Positions 38,610 through 50,679 are shown, counted from the stretch's first letter. The stretch is DNA of 64,000 nt from Myripristis murdjan (GCF_902150065.1 NC_043987.1:1625386-1689385); one strand, 5' to 3'. Made by a program: numbers and translations. The notes: generated by a model not told the origin, from the sequence alone.

Positions 38610-39425
38610 GAAGTTAGGATGTTCGTAGATACAGACTATACAGTTTCTTGTTTACCTTGACATGTTTTGACTGCTGTGTGTCCTACAGTCTTCCTCAGAA
38701 GTTTCACATGATATTACCATGACATTTCCTGTCAGCTGTAGGTAGGACAGCCATGCCCCCTGCTGTGCAACAGTGTCATCAGGATGGCGTCCCATGTATG
38801 TAGTGGCTGGTTCCCCTGTCCTTTCCATATTTCTGTCACCTCTTTGATCCAACACTGGTATCTGTTGATGTGATGATCTTGGCTCCCTCCTAGTCCATAA
38901 CATGGTTTTCCCTTTTACAACTGTCGGAGACCTACATAGAGGAAGCATGCTGATTATTTGGCACGTAGGAAAAAAGAATGTGAGAAAGAAACATCTGGAG
39001 TGCACACCTGAGCAACAAAACCAAAAGCAGATCAGGAAGTTGGAAATCAGCAGTTTCAGACAATTGCAAAAGTGAAAAATATGTCTTGGAGAGGAAGCCA
39101 AGATCATCACATCTGAAAGGAACAGGTACCAGCACTGGTTCAAGGAAACAGGCCCAGAGAACTGTAAACCAGGATTAGGGTGCCTACCAGCTACCATGCA
39201 TCTGGACACTGTCTCTGATGTGGCTGTCAGACAGCAGGGGGCATGGTTGTCTTAACAGGTCAGGTAGGGCAACCAGACCTGTGTTAAACAGCTGACAGGA
39301 AATGTCACAGTAACATCATGAGACACTTGTGAAGAAGACTGCAGCACACACAGCAGTCAAAACATGTCAAGGTGAACAAAGAAACACCACGTCCAAATCT
39401 AAGAACATCCTCACCTGAAGTACAA
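38610..39425. repeat. Foldback / long imperfect inverted duplication (arms of about 330 bp at roughly 75-80% identity, about 120 bp loop) in MVP intron 10
   Basis: The reverse complement of 39090-39420 aligns with 38613-38900, for example aggatgttc...ccttgacatgttttgactgctgtgtg at both ends and gccaagatcatcacatc / gatgtgatgatcttggctcc near the centre. The 185-aa minus ORF 38652-39209 is an artefact of it. Confidence 0.7.
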
Positions 39426-39643
39426 GGTGTCTATAAAGTCTCTTTACAATTTAACACTTTTATTACAAAAGCAAATGAATAGACAAATCTGTGGAAATTA
39501 TTACAAAATGAGGAGTAGATATTGAAGTTTTTTTTGCCTCATTTAATACACTCCTATATGGGCACCATTAGTTGCACGAAGCACATCAAGACAGACAGTA
39601 CTCCATTTCTTGCCATGTTCGATGTAGCAGAGCCTCATCAATG

Positions 39644-42494
39644 CACTGGCGGTTCTGGGGAGGGGCCAGCAGGGGCCAGTGCCCCCGTAACACTGTGCCC
39701 CCCCCTCCGAACAAAGATTTTACATTGTGATGCGGCTTTCACATAGCGTGCGGTTTGGGCCGCGCTCTGCGCTGGGTACAGCGCACATAGATCTATGACG
39801 GCGCACACTTGCGCAGAGCAGCGTGCACACGCGGGCCATTTCTTCTTGTGGTTGTTGGCTCTGTACAGGACACTTTAGAGATGCTGTGTCAAACATAGGG
39901 GCATCAGGGGGACGGTGCTGTTATTTCCTATTACTGACAAAGAAATGAGACAAATGAACTGGAGGGAAAACTGGTTCACTGCAGCCACAAAGAATAGAAG
40001 ATATGTTACTTTTTAATTTTTTTTATTTATACATTTATTCAATTTTTTTTTTTTCTTATCGTTGGGCAACAGGTACAGTAGCCCTAAATGGATCTTGAAT
40101 TGGAGCATTTTAAATTAAAAGCTGAAACTGAAAAAACAAAATTGGAAAGGACAAGACACACACACACACACACACACACACACCCCAGGTCCCGTCCCCG
40201 TATCAAGGAGCAGGCGCAGGCGGTATGGTATTAACGGCAACGACCGCAGTCTTCATGTCGGTGACCCTGACCAGAAGCCACGGAGCAGTTCTTGGCACAT
40301 CATGGTGGCGCAGTCTGGACAACAGCACGGTCCTTGCGACCAGATGTTCAGCAGGCCAATGGACCGTCTCCATGACAACAGTGATGCAAGCATTGGCTCC
40401 TCCTAGCAGAAGAGAGCGCCTGCATCCGTCAGCATCACCAGTCTGTGGACCCTCATAGTCCAGTAATTTTAGCCCAAAATTGGGTCAACCTAGGACAAAT
40501 AACAAGAGAAGCAAATTGCAAGAGTTTTTTTCTCTTGCAATTTGTCCTAGGTTTTTTCCTAAAATGACTGGACTAATAGTCTCTGCGCAGGCTGCACCGA
40601 CCACCGGAGACCGGCCTGAGGGGCGCACCTGCTGTGCAGCTAGCAGAGCCAGCTGGAGAGCCCGCCTGGGAAAGGCGAGACTCGCTTGGTCTTTGCTCAG
40701 TCTGAGAGCAGATCCAGCAGATGTGGACACCCCCCCCCCCGCTGAACTTGGAGGGCGGACACACACTGCCGAGCGGCCAGCCCTATACAGACAGCCTAAC
40801 CTGGTCTCAGACCAGCCGAAGACCAACTCCAGCATGTGCGACACACACCTGCTGCCGAGCCGGCTTTTTATGGCCTCTGCTGCTCCGGCCAGTGACGTCA
40901 CCAGTCAACCAGATGATGAGGACGCACGCGCAGCATAGACAACACCTGGGACAGTGCTCAGTACTTTACAGTCACCTGCACAGATACTTGTTTGTGACGG
41001 ACGGCATGACGTCACAATGGCTACAGCTCTACATTCTGCATTGTTGATTGTTTTTTGTTTGTGTCCACGGACACTGAGTATGCAGGTAACACATCCGCTC
41101 AGTTAAAACAGGCTATGGTGCTAGAGTTTGAAATTTGGTCTCAGCCTCAGTTGATGCTGAAATGACGATGAAATAGTCTGTGTGCGATTAAGATGAACAT
41201 TGTTATGAGGTGAGACAAACAACTGGAACTGCAGAGTGTATGGACCTTTTGTTTTGCCACTTGTGCTCCTTGCTTGAGTTTGTACTGTTTCCAATGATGT
41301 GCAGTGTGTTTCCTGTCATTGTGTGTGTTGTTGTTGAGCCTTGCTTTGTTCTAGCACCTCCAGCAGGCCAAAATGTTGTAGCAGCTGTAGTGGTGGTTGA
41401 AATTTTCTCTTGGTGTGTTTTTATCAGGCGGTAACTGGAACCAAGTTCCATAATCTGAATGCAGCTCTGTTTACACAAAGGCGTTCATCATGAAGGGCAC
41501 GCATGCACAGCGTGCACGTATGTGGCGCTGGTTGCTACGCGACTGAAACAGACGCTAGGAAGTAGTTTTCCGTTCTGGCGCAATTTTTCTCTGGTGGACA
41601 GCACAGCAGCTTCGGATGCACCGTGTAAAGAGGCTAATACATTTTTTAATTTATGAATTAGCTGAACTAATGCTTCTTAATAAATTAAGTTACATGAACG
41701 AAGGCTGTATTTTTTTCTCATTTCATGTGATTTCACCTGTTACCTGTTGTGTGTGTGACTTCACATGGAATTTTATAATAAATGTATGACTATACTGCAT
41801 TGTCTTTGCAAGAGTAGTGCATATCTAATGATGTCATTCATCTAGATTTCTAAAAATAAACGCAGACCAGTGCGCTCTTGCGCTCCCTGATCACATACAC
41901 AATGAATGGCTGAGCCAGCCGCGGTCTGTGCCGTGCGCGTGCTCTGTGAAAGCCGCTTCAGAGCGTTGCACCTGGAAACGGCGGTCAGTTTTGTTGATCT
42001 ACGGTGAAAACAGCGAGCTCGAAAAGTCAACCACCTGATGAGAGGCAGTCAGAAGCAAGAAGCGACTACCATGAACAATATTTTATTGTTACAAGGTAAC
42101 AATAAGCTTTTAGAGTGTAAATATGATGATGATTTATTGATGAAGATGATAAGAAGACAGTGGTGTAATGAAGATGTGATGATGATGTTGATGAAACTGC
42201 CTGATAAAGATTTTAGAAGCAGGAGTTTGTACTAAGTGAGGAGTTTGTCTGTACTAAGGTTACACTGAAAAATAGGATGTCTCCATTGTTTCTGTCTCTT
42301 ATACTTGTGTCTCAAATGTGATATTTTGAACCATTCAGTTTGGTTACAATGGGTTATCACTGGTTTTATTGGGAAAAAAATCAGATATAATTTTGAGTCT
42401 TTGTCTTTTTTGCCCCGGGTTGAATGTGCCCCTCTGACAAAACCCCTGGCCCCAGCCAGGGCCCTTCAGTAAAATTGGTCTAGAACCGCCACTG
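39644..42494. mobile_element. hAT-like element (2.85 kb) with a perfect 8-bp target-site duplication, CATCAATG, in MVP intron 10. It has long subterminal inverted repeats and a GC-rich core.
   Basis: Termini CACTGGCGGTTCTGG (39644) and CTAGAACCGCCACTG (ends 42494). Identical CATCAATG at 39636-39643 and 42495-42502. Subterminal inverted repeats gcggctttcaca(t/g)agc at about 39745 and about 41950 (reverse). Core 40560-41050 is CpG-rich with two TGACGTCA palindromes. No transposase ORF. Confidence 0.7.
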
Positions 42495-42765
42495 CATCAA
42501 TGGTGGCAATGGCATCAGTGATCTTTTGCTGAAATACACAAATGCAATATGATTAAAAACTTTGATAACCACTGAGTACATAGAACAAATCTGATGAACA
42601 TATCTCATCAATTGCTTTTGTAATAGATTTTTTTAATTTGTAAAGAGACTTTGTGGACACCCTGTACTTGCTACTTGATGAATCACAGGGGTACTGGATT
42701 GAAGCGTGGCGACCCCTCTTCTTCTCTGTTTTCCTTTATCCGTCTTCCTGTCTCACTCTCTTCAG

Positions 42766-42910
42766 GCACTTTGACGTCAAGACTCGGGCAGATGCTGCTC
42801 AGGCAGCGTCTCTGTTTTCAGTGCCCGACTTTGTGGGAGACGCCTGTAAAGCCATTGCTTCCCGGGTCAGAGGTGCTGTCGCCTCAGTGCAGTTTGACGA
42901 TTTCCACAAG
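42766..42910 (+). CDS. mvp: MVP coding exon 11
   Basis: Acceptor tctcactctcttcag|G and donor AAG|gttggt. Translation [48 protein letters not shown]. The preceding 4.4 kb intron contains a foldback and a 2.85 kb hAT-like element. Confidence 0.93.
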
Positions 42911-43994
42911 GTTGGTCTTGACCAGTGAAGATTCAGTGCTTCACAGACTTTGCCATACCAAATTCCCCGAACCACAACCAGCTATGATAAGATTTTGTCA
43001 TTAAGAACCCTATATGAGAGGACATAAGTGGCATTTTCCAAAGTGGGAGGGTCAGGGACTTTGATTAAGTCTGCAAGGAATTTCAGAAGTAACAGGAACT
43101 TTCACAATCACTTAACAGGAATATTGCACTTGTAGTTTTCAACTTGTTTCACATTTTAATCACACTAGACAAGTTTCAGCTTAACAGGAGCTATAACCAT
43201 CTGATCGATAAGATAATGATAATAAGATAATGTTGATGTTACTTTTATTTGTTGTTTTGCTTTAAGTTGTCTTGTGTTGTTTATCTGTAACTTTTATGTC
43301 TGTCATGGACGCTGCTTTTCTTGGCCAGGTCTTCTTTGTAAAAGAGATCTTGTATTGTGTCTTTACACTACACTTAATCTTGGTCTAAGATCCCAGTTGC
43401 CCCTTGGTTAACTGTTTTTTCACACTTCCAACTTAGAATGAGGGATATCCCCACTCTTAGCCCAGGGCTTACTATCCCTGAATTTTTTGGGGTTAAGGTC
43501 TGTAGCAGGAATAGGGCTTAGAATCAAAGTAAGAACAAAAGCAACAGAATATTTTTGTAAAAGCAATAGGATATTTGTTATCCAATCAAAACTGTGCTAC
43601 AAGTGTTGTGAAGACATCAAACCTGGTCTTTGATTTTCAAATGTGAATCCTGAACCCAGGGCTAAGTGTTAGGCCTTGGTTAATAAGCACTAGTGGGAAT
43701 CAAGGCTAAGCTAAGATCTTGGGTGCAGTTAGTTGAGGGCTTAGTTAGCTAAGGGCTAAGGAACCTAAGTGTGATAAGAGCTAATGAGGCTTTTTTTGTT
43801 AAATGAAAAAGAGAAAATAAAAATAAAGACTGTCAAATGGTATTATTAAACCAATAATATGGTATTATTAAACAGTTTAGGTCATGGTGGTACTCTGACA
43901 CAGTTATGGAAAGTCATAGAAAAGTCATGGAGTTATACCTCAGGGACACAGTGGGAACCCTGGTCTAAGACCTTTCCTGTTGGTTTGTGGCTAG

Positions 43995-44206
43995 AACTCC
44001 AACCGGATTATCTGCTCGGCGGTGTTTGGCTTTGATGAGAAGCTGGCTGTTCGGCCGAGCCTGCGCTTCAACCAGAACAACCTGGTGATCAGCAGCGTGG
44101 ACATCCAGTCTGTGGAGCCTGTAGACCAGAGGACCCGGGACGCCTTGCAGAAGAGCGTCCAGCTCGCCATCGAGATCACCACTAACTCCCAGGAGGCTGC
44201 AGCACG
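43995..44206 (+). CDS. mvp: MVP coding exon 12
   Basis: Acceptor ggtttgtggctag|AAC, a weakish polypyrimidine tract. Donor CG|gtctga. Translation [70 protein letters not shown](R). Confidence 0.88.
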
Positions 44207-44635
44207 GTCTGAGTCTTACACTCACACACACACTCATACACACATACAGCTAGCAGTGTACTGGTAAATAGAAAATTGAGTTACTGCAGGTCCTGAAAAA
44301 GGCTGAAAAGGCCTTTTTTATTTTTTACTAATTTCTCAGGAATTTTTGGGGCGTTATTTGATAATTTGCTCATTTCCCACATGTTTTTGAAAGGAACAGA
44401 GTGAATCATAGGTTCACAGGTTGAAAAGGGTTACTTGAGCTTAAAATTTTTTTTTTGATTGGTTGTATTGTGGCAAGGCCATGGGCACTGCACCTGATCT
44501 GCCTAGTGGGCCCAACCACTCTGATTTCCTTCCTTATATTAAGATTTGGGAAGTTTGGGAAGCCAGTATATTGTTTTGTTTTTCGTGCCTTTTCTTATTA
44601 TTCTGCCTTTATTTTTTTAACTTATATGTGTGCAG

Positions 44636-44752
44636 TCATGAGGCGGAGCGGCTGGAGCAGGAGGCTCGTGGGAAGCTGGAGAGGCAGCGCATCACTGACC
44701 AGGCTGAGGCTGAAAGAGCCAGAAAGGAACTGCTGGAGCTGGAGGCTCTCAG
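44636..44752 (+). CDS. mvp: MVP coding exon 13 (start of the coiled-coil/cap-helix region)
   Basis: Acceptor ttatatgtgtgcag|T and donor AG|gtgagt. Translation [38 protein letters not shown]. Confidence 0.92.
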
Positions 44753-45312
44753 GTGAGTTAGAGGCTCGCTGCTTTACTGGACATGCAGCAGTAATATGTG
44801 CTGGCAAGCAGGTTTATTTGTATCACAGCTTTTGTAGACAGTGTAATTCAAAATGCTTTACATTGGGTTAAAAAAGAAATGATATAAAATAACAAAAAAA
44901 CAAAAGTAATAAACCATGACAACATACAAAAAATTGGAGGATCCTAGGACAGACAAATGACTTAGTTGTAGGCAACGCTGAATGTGTACGTTTTTGGAGT
45001 TTCACATGGTAAAAAGCAGGCCAAAAATGATTTGGAATCAAAAAGTGTTTTAAAATCAGTTCTTTGAACTACTGGGAGTAGGGACTTGAGAATTGGATAT
45101 GTTCGCATTTTCAAATTTTTGTCAGTACTCTGGCAGTGGCATCGCACAAGCAATTCAATTTGTAGATGAATGTGAAATAGTGCAACTGCAGTTGCAGGAG
45201 CATTAACACGCTATAAAGGTCACTCACAGCAGTTCAGCAAAGAGCTGATGGAAATCCTAAGTCCCGTGTGTGTGTGTGTGTGTGTCTGTGTGTCTGTCTG
45301 TGTGTGTGTCAG

Positions 45313-45439
45313 TGCTGCAGTGGAGAGCACAGGAGCTGCCAAGGCTGAGGCCCAGTCCCGGGCGGAGGCGGCTCGAATTCAGGGTGAAGCAGCAGTCCAC
45401 GAGGCCAAACTCAAGTCTGAAGCACAGAGGATTGAGGCT
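45313..45439 (+). CDS. mvp: MVP coding exon 14
   Basis: Acceptor (GT)n-gtgtcag|T, with a GT microsatellite abutting the splice site. Donor GCT|gtatgt. Translation (S)[42 protein letters not shown]. Confidence 0.92.
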
Positions 45440-46501
45440 GTATGTACCCCCACCCCAGTGAAGATCACTTTATACTTCTGTGTCAAAATATCACAGCAGG
45501 CTCCTGTGCCTCTGACATAGCATACAGAGGCTGCAACCACATCTTCCCTATCTAAAAATGTAACTGCAGGATCTCTGATGAGTCTGCCACATCGCATTGT
45601 ACTTGTTCTGTGTTTTGCTGATTGATTCCCACTGAATGATGACAACATGATGCTAGTTGTCATCTCTCTTCACCCGCATGGAACTGACAAGATTTGTGGA
45701 TCGGTGCTAATGTTGCCAACTCATCCACAAATTTATGATTCATGATTTTAGTAGGAATGATCATTTTTTTGTATCATAATTCACATTTTCACAGTAAAAT
45801 GATGATAATGTGATTTGGCCAGGGCGTCTCTGCAGCACCCTTATGCTTTATTTACAACAATATTTTCACATACATTTCATCTTTACCAAAAATTTGCAGC
45901 TCCTGTAATTTGACTATGGTATTTGGCTATATTTGATTTTGATAATATTTCAATTAATGTCCAGCCCTGCTTTGGACACCACTACTGTGTCTGAGGGTGG
46001 ACTGAGAATGCAAAAAATATTGCCTCTGTTTTTATCTGTGCTTTATTAACCTAGAATTAATAAAGTTTTGACACTGCTATCAAGTGTTTCAGGAATTAAC
46101 TCAAAGGGCGCAAATTCTCTAACACTAAACTACTGTATAAATGCTCACACCAGCGTACACTACTACAGCGTAGTTACAGCAGTGTAGAAGTATAATTTGA
46201 CCTTTGTTGGGGAAAAACAAGGGAGCTCTGTGTGTGTGTTCCTGTACTTGCAACGTAGTGAGGACCAGAACACATTTCTAACCAACACAGTGGGAAAGTA
46301 AGACATTTTGGCCTATCCTCGCATATACAAACGAAAACTGTGTCTTATTGGTCTAGGTTAGGGTTAAGGGTAGAATTAGGTTAAGGTAAGGGTTTTAGGT
46401 TAGCAATGTGCTGGTTATGGTTCTGATTAGGGAAAGGCTGTAGAAGGCTATAGAGAATGAATGGAGGTCAATGTAATGTCCTCACAAAGATAGAAAACCT
46501 A

Positions 46502-46503
<2 letters not shown>

Positions 46504-46538
<35 letters not shown>
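46504..46538. repeat. (GT)n microsatellite forming the pyrimidine-tract position of MVP exon 15 acceptor
   Basis: (GT)18 immediately followed by gcag|GAAGCAGAG. Confidence 0.9.
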
Positions 46539-46541
<3 letters not shown>

Positions 46542-46730
46542 GAAGCAGAGCTACAGCGGCTGGCCAAGGCTCGAGAGCAGGAGCTGGGCTATAAGAAAGA
46601 GATGGACCGTCTGGAGGTGGAGAAGCAGGAGCGGCTGGCCCAGATAGAGAGCCAGCGTTTTAGCCAGCTGGTGGAGAGTCTGGGCAGCGACACCTTGAAG
46701 GAGATGGCCAGAGCTGGACCAGAGCTTCAG
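46542..46730 (+). CDS. mvp: MVP coding exon 15
   Basis: Acceptor (GT)19-gcag|GAA and donor CAG|gtaata. Translation EAELQRLAKAREQELGYKKEMDRLEVEKQERLAQIESQRFSQLVESLGSDTLKEMARAGPELQ. Confidence 0.92.
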
Positions 46731-47513
46731 GTAATACCCCTCCTCTGTTATGCAGGGAGCTGAGAGAAATATAGTAGACATTTCACCCACTACTTTACTG
46801 CAGTCACACGACTAAATTCCACTGCAGTACTTCTGAGAGCAAAATGGTGTCCAAACCTATTCATTTGTGCATTCACACCATAAAGATGAAAATTAGCATC
46901 AGCGTGACTCTCTCATATGACATCATGAGAGTCACAGAAATGCAGTTCCATTTTCAGCAAAATAAATGCCCGACTAACAAAAAGTGGCCGGGTCCAAATT
47001 CAGTTGACATGGAAAGTCAACTGAATTTGGACCAGTTGGACAGAGAGAGGGTAGACTAACTACAAAAGACATCAGACAAAGTTCAGCCAAGGGGCTTGCA
47101 CAGAGAATGCCAAAAGAATTCAAATTAACGCTTCTCATGATGCCATTGTGCCAATGAAAAACATTTGGACAAATGATTCAGTGAAGTCAAGCTCATTCTA
47201 GCTCAGTTCTAGGGAGTTAGCTTATAGCCTGTTGTTAGCCTAACTAGCTAACAACTGGTTAGCCAAATCCCATCAACAGAACGCAAAAGACACCTCAGCT
47301 TGGCTCAGCTTGGAAGGAAGGCATTTGTAGGGGATGAAACTCTGAAAATGGTGTTGGTGGTTGTGGATTGGTGGAGGATCATCTTCCTGCATGCACTAAG
47401 ATCTGCAGATTTGCTCCAGACCTCTCAGACACCCCGTTTTTGTATATTTACTTCAAGGGCTCAGGCACTGCCACCACCCAGTCTTATGGTACCTCTCCCT
47501 CCCAACTCCCCAG

Positions 47514-47633
47514 GTCAAACTGCTGCAGGCTCTGGGGTTGAAGTCCACCCTCATTACAGATGGATCATCACCAATCAACCTCTTCACCACAGCCAATGGC
47601 CTTCTGGGGGCCCTGCCTGGCCAGGGCCAGTGA
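47514..47633 (+). CDS. mvp: MVP terminal coding exon (stop TGA 47631-47633)
   Basis: Acceptor ctcccaactccccag|GTC. Translation [39 protein letters not shown], which matches human [32 protein letters not shown]. The exon is too short for the ORF track. All 16 exons total 2640 nt, giving an 879-aa protein in frame throughout. Confidence 0.9.
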   Translation, partial: VKLLQALGLKSTLITDGSSPINLFTTANGLLGALPGQGQ

Positions 47634-48311
47634 GGAAGATGAAGTGGAGAACAGAAGGAGAAAAAAAGGGAAGCTTCGTGGAAACTGTCCAATAGTAAAT
47701 CCTAGTTGAGGTTCATTTCTTGTAGCAGTGACTTGCACGCAGAATGTTAAATGGTTGGTTACTCTGAACCTTTTAAGGGCAGAGGTCAGTCATAAGATAA
47801 TGATGTCACATATCACTATTACTATGATAGTGATTTTTTTGTATTGAAGATAGATGATATTTTGTGCCAGATATAATTTGACCAGAGTTCTGAGGTTAAT
47901 CTCCGAGTTCATCTCTACAATCACAATTTGTATGTGTATGTGTGGCCCTACTCCTTTGTAGAAACTGAACTATTGAAGTAATCTGTATTGTGTTTTAGAT
48001 GTCGAAGGATCATGACAGCTAGTACAAACCAAACAGTGCAGTGAAATGAGATTCAGAGATTTACTTTTGGACAAATTCCCAGCTAGAAGGATGAGCCATG
48101 CCCCAGGAAACAGTAAAAGATGGTGGAAACTGCCTAAAGATTGTGCCTAAAGATGACTTTCCTGTCCTGTCCTGTCCTGTCTTTGTGTAAGCCTTTACTA
48201 CTCTAATAGCCAAAGAAAGCCGTTTCTGCATTGCACTATGTCTATAAGTAGAACATCATGCTCAATTGTATTTGAAGCCTAGCTCTGCCAGTGTTTACAA
48301 AAGAGTTTTTC

Positions 48312-48397
48312 AGTTTGTCTGCAGCAGTAATGCAATAAAATGGGATCTGTGGTTTCCCTGTCCTTTCTACATACTGTGTGATTCTAAGCCCAATAAA
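48312..48397 (+). promoter_or_regulatory. mvp: Candidate MVP polyadenylation signals (AATAAA at 48312-48317 and 48392-48397)
   Basis: The first canonical AATAAA hexamers downstream of the MVP stop imply a 3'UTR of roughly 0.7-0.8 kb. Confidence 0.45.
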
Positions 48398-48533
48398 GTG
48401 CTGCCCATAACTTCTGGTCTTCTGAACTTTATGAATATGGTAACACTAAACCCTGAGGTTTAATACATCATACACCCACTCAGATACATTTTCTATGGCA
48501 TCTTAACTAGGGTTCAACAATTTTTTTAGTTGT

Positions 48534-48567
<34 letters not shown>

Positions 48568-48789
48568 GCTGACAAATATATCTTTTTTTTTTTAGATTGA
48601 AGTTGATGTTAGGTAATACTACCAATATTCAGCACTGAAATTTAATCATTTTTATTCCAGCATTCCTGTAACATTGAACATCACAGAGTGACTATAAGTA
48701 GCAATGTAAGAGGATCAGAGGTGGACGTTTGCTTTAACCCTTGAGTTTTGTCAGTTTGTCCTCAATAGCCGTTTTTCACAGCAGGCATT

Positions 48790-48962
48790 TTGACATGAAC
48801 AGCAGCTAAACTCACTTGTTACTAATGACATTAATTAAGCTTCTGTTGCAGTCAGCTCTAACAGAGCCAGGGCCTTGGTGTCGTGCATGTTGGCCCACCG
48901 GAAAGACACTGCTTCACTGAAATGGAACAGAATCTTATCTTAATAACGTTTGTGTTTACCTG
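48790..48962. mobile_element. Same MITE family, copy 3 (diverged)
   Basis: Shared internal sequence ctcacttgttactaatgacattaattaag ... cagagccagggcc ... gtgtttacctgc. Confidence 0.45.
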
Positions 48963-50439
48963 CTACTTCACATCAAAAGGAACACTGTGAAAAAGGTCAA
49001 TAGAATCTAAATGATATCTTTTTGTGTTATGCATGGTCCCAGTCAAAAATTGTAAATTGCATGTTAATGTGATTAAAGGATTGGAAAAAATGGAATTTAA
49101 AACTCAGGCATATGTCTTTACTTAGAGGGTCAATGCTGCAGTAAATCTACATTTTATAACAACCTGCATAAAGTTTTTTTCCCCCAAGTGCCAAATATAA
49201 AAGATATTTTATCCTATTACCTTTGTTAAAGGTACTGTTATATAATTGTGTTGTTTTTTGTTTTTTTTTAATACAGTGTTTTCATGCATTCACTCAAGAA
49301 GCTGTTTATCAACTGATTCACAACTTAGCAATGTAAGAGATATCTAACTGGTATATTGGTATATGCAAAATGTGGCTCATTTTGAGTGCTCAGTGAACTT
49401 ATCCTAGAAGAATAAAGCCAAATGAATGTGATTTCCTTTCTTTACACTCTGTTTAAAGGGATAATTCACCCATGTTGAAAAATGTGATATTATTTCGCTT
49501 CCCCTCTAGCTGTTATGTAGGACAGTAGTGTATTTCCAGGTGGTTCCCCTTGCCAAGGCAACAGCTGTACACATTCACTGAAGTCACTTCATCAGCAGAG
49601 GTTTGTTTATGTTATTGAAAGCCTGATGCATTTTCTGTTGTCACAGGACTTAACATTTTTATTAATACTGCTGATTAGGATTATATAACATCATAACTTC
49701 AGGTAAATGTGCTGGTATGCACCTCAACATTGCCTTAAGCGTGCAAGATACTGTTGCAGTTTTGGTTCAGTAATAGGACCTATCAAGTGGTGCTAATTAC
49801 AGCTTGATGAGGTTAGCAGTCTGAGCCACAGCAACATCTTGTGGACAAAATCAAATGGCACTTTGTACTTTTGTTCATAGTACCAGTGAAGATGTGCTAC
49901 ATGGACAGAAGTATTGGGTGACCAGCACAAAACATGTACAGAAGCCTTTCCTAGCTTCCACTCTTCTGGGAAGGCTTTCTACAAGATTTTGGAGTGTATC
50001 TGTGGGAATTTTTGCCTAACAGTCCCCATCTTGCCTTTTCCTTTTGGAAAACTTATAACATTTCCTCTAGCTGCCTTCTTTTATCATACACCATTGCAGC
50101 AGGACACAGTGGCCAAACCCAAGCTTGTTTTTCTATCACATACTGTGTTTGAGGAAACTTTGAAACTGAGGGAGAAATAATATCCCACCATAACTACACT
50201 GTTAATTGCTTGTTGAGAATATTGTCCAGCTTTATGACCTGTGAGGTAAAGCAAAGGTGGCTGTTTTGTTTTGTGCCTATTTAGGTCTAAGCCACATGTA
50301 TGTGTATACTTTATTTCCAGTCATATGAGCTCATTATCAGTTAAAGGCATGGTTAAAATCAAATTTTTTTGGTGAGGACGTCCTCAAAATGGCTTGTGCT
50401 TGAGAGAATCCTAACAAAGACAGTGCCTTTGAGAACTTC

Positions 50440-50643
50440 GTTTCCCAGAATGCCGTTCGCTCGTTTTGACGCAATTTCTTGGATAAATACAGCCTGACAG
50501 GGTTTGTCCGTTAGTGACGCTGATCGGAGGAGGTGTGTGTACGCGCGGTTGCGCTCCGGGGCCGTTTCTGCTAAAACTGTATTTGAAAACAACAAAAAAA
50601 AATCCAATAAAATAGAAATCTAACCAACTCTGGTTTTGCAACG
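50440..50643 (+). promoter_or_regulatory. arl6ip1: ARL6IP1 promoter / 5'UTR region (CpG-rich)
   Basis: There is a cluster of CpG dinucleotides (cgttcgctcgttttgacgc ... acgcgcggttgcgctccggggccg) immediately upstream of the ATG at 50644. Repeats are absent here, unlike most of the window. Confidence 0.5.
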
Positions 50644-50679
50644 ATGACTGAAGGAGATAACAAAAGCGCCAATATACTG
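50644..50679 (+). CDS. arl6ip1: ARL6IP1 coding exon 1
   Basis: Sequence ATGACTGAAGGAGATAACAAAAGCGCCAATATACTG|gtgagt translates to MTEGDNKSANIL, matching human ARL6IP1 MAEGDNRSTNLL. Confidence 0.88.

Noticed and set aside
38652-39209. 185-aa ORF on the minus strand, the longest ORF in the window
   Set aside because: It lies entirely within the intron-10 foldback and has low complexity and no recognisable domain. The reciprocal strand has a mirror ORF (38932-39135) caused by the inverted duplication. It is not a gene.
40480-40938. 152-aa plus-strand ORF and an overlapping 138-aa minus-strand ORF in the GC-rich core of the intron-10 hAT-like element
   Set aside because: High GC content suppresses stop codons on both strands. 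There is no similarity to transposases or any family I recognise, so it is kept only as a note in the intron-10 promoter-like finding and not called as CDS.
47300-47695. 131-aa plus-strand ORF overlapping the MVP last exon in a different frame
   Set aside because: It is out of frame with the MVP exon 15 to 16 junction. The homologous frame ([24 protein letters not shown]...) runs 47514-47633 and ends at TGA, and the long ORF is the +2 frame artefact.
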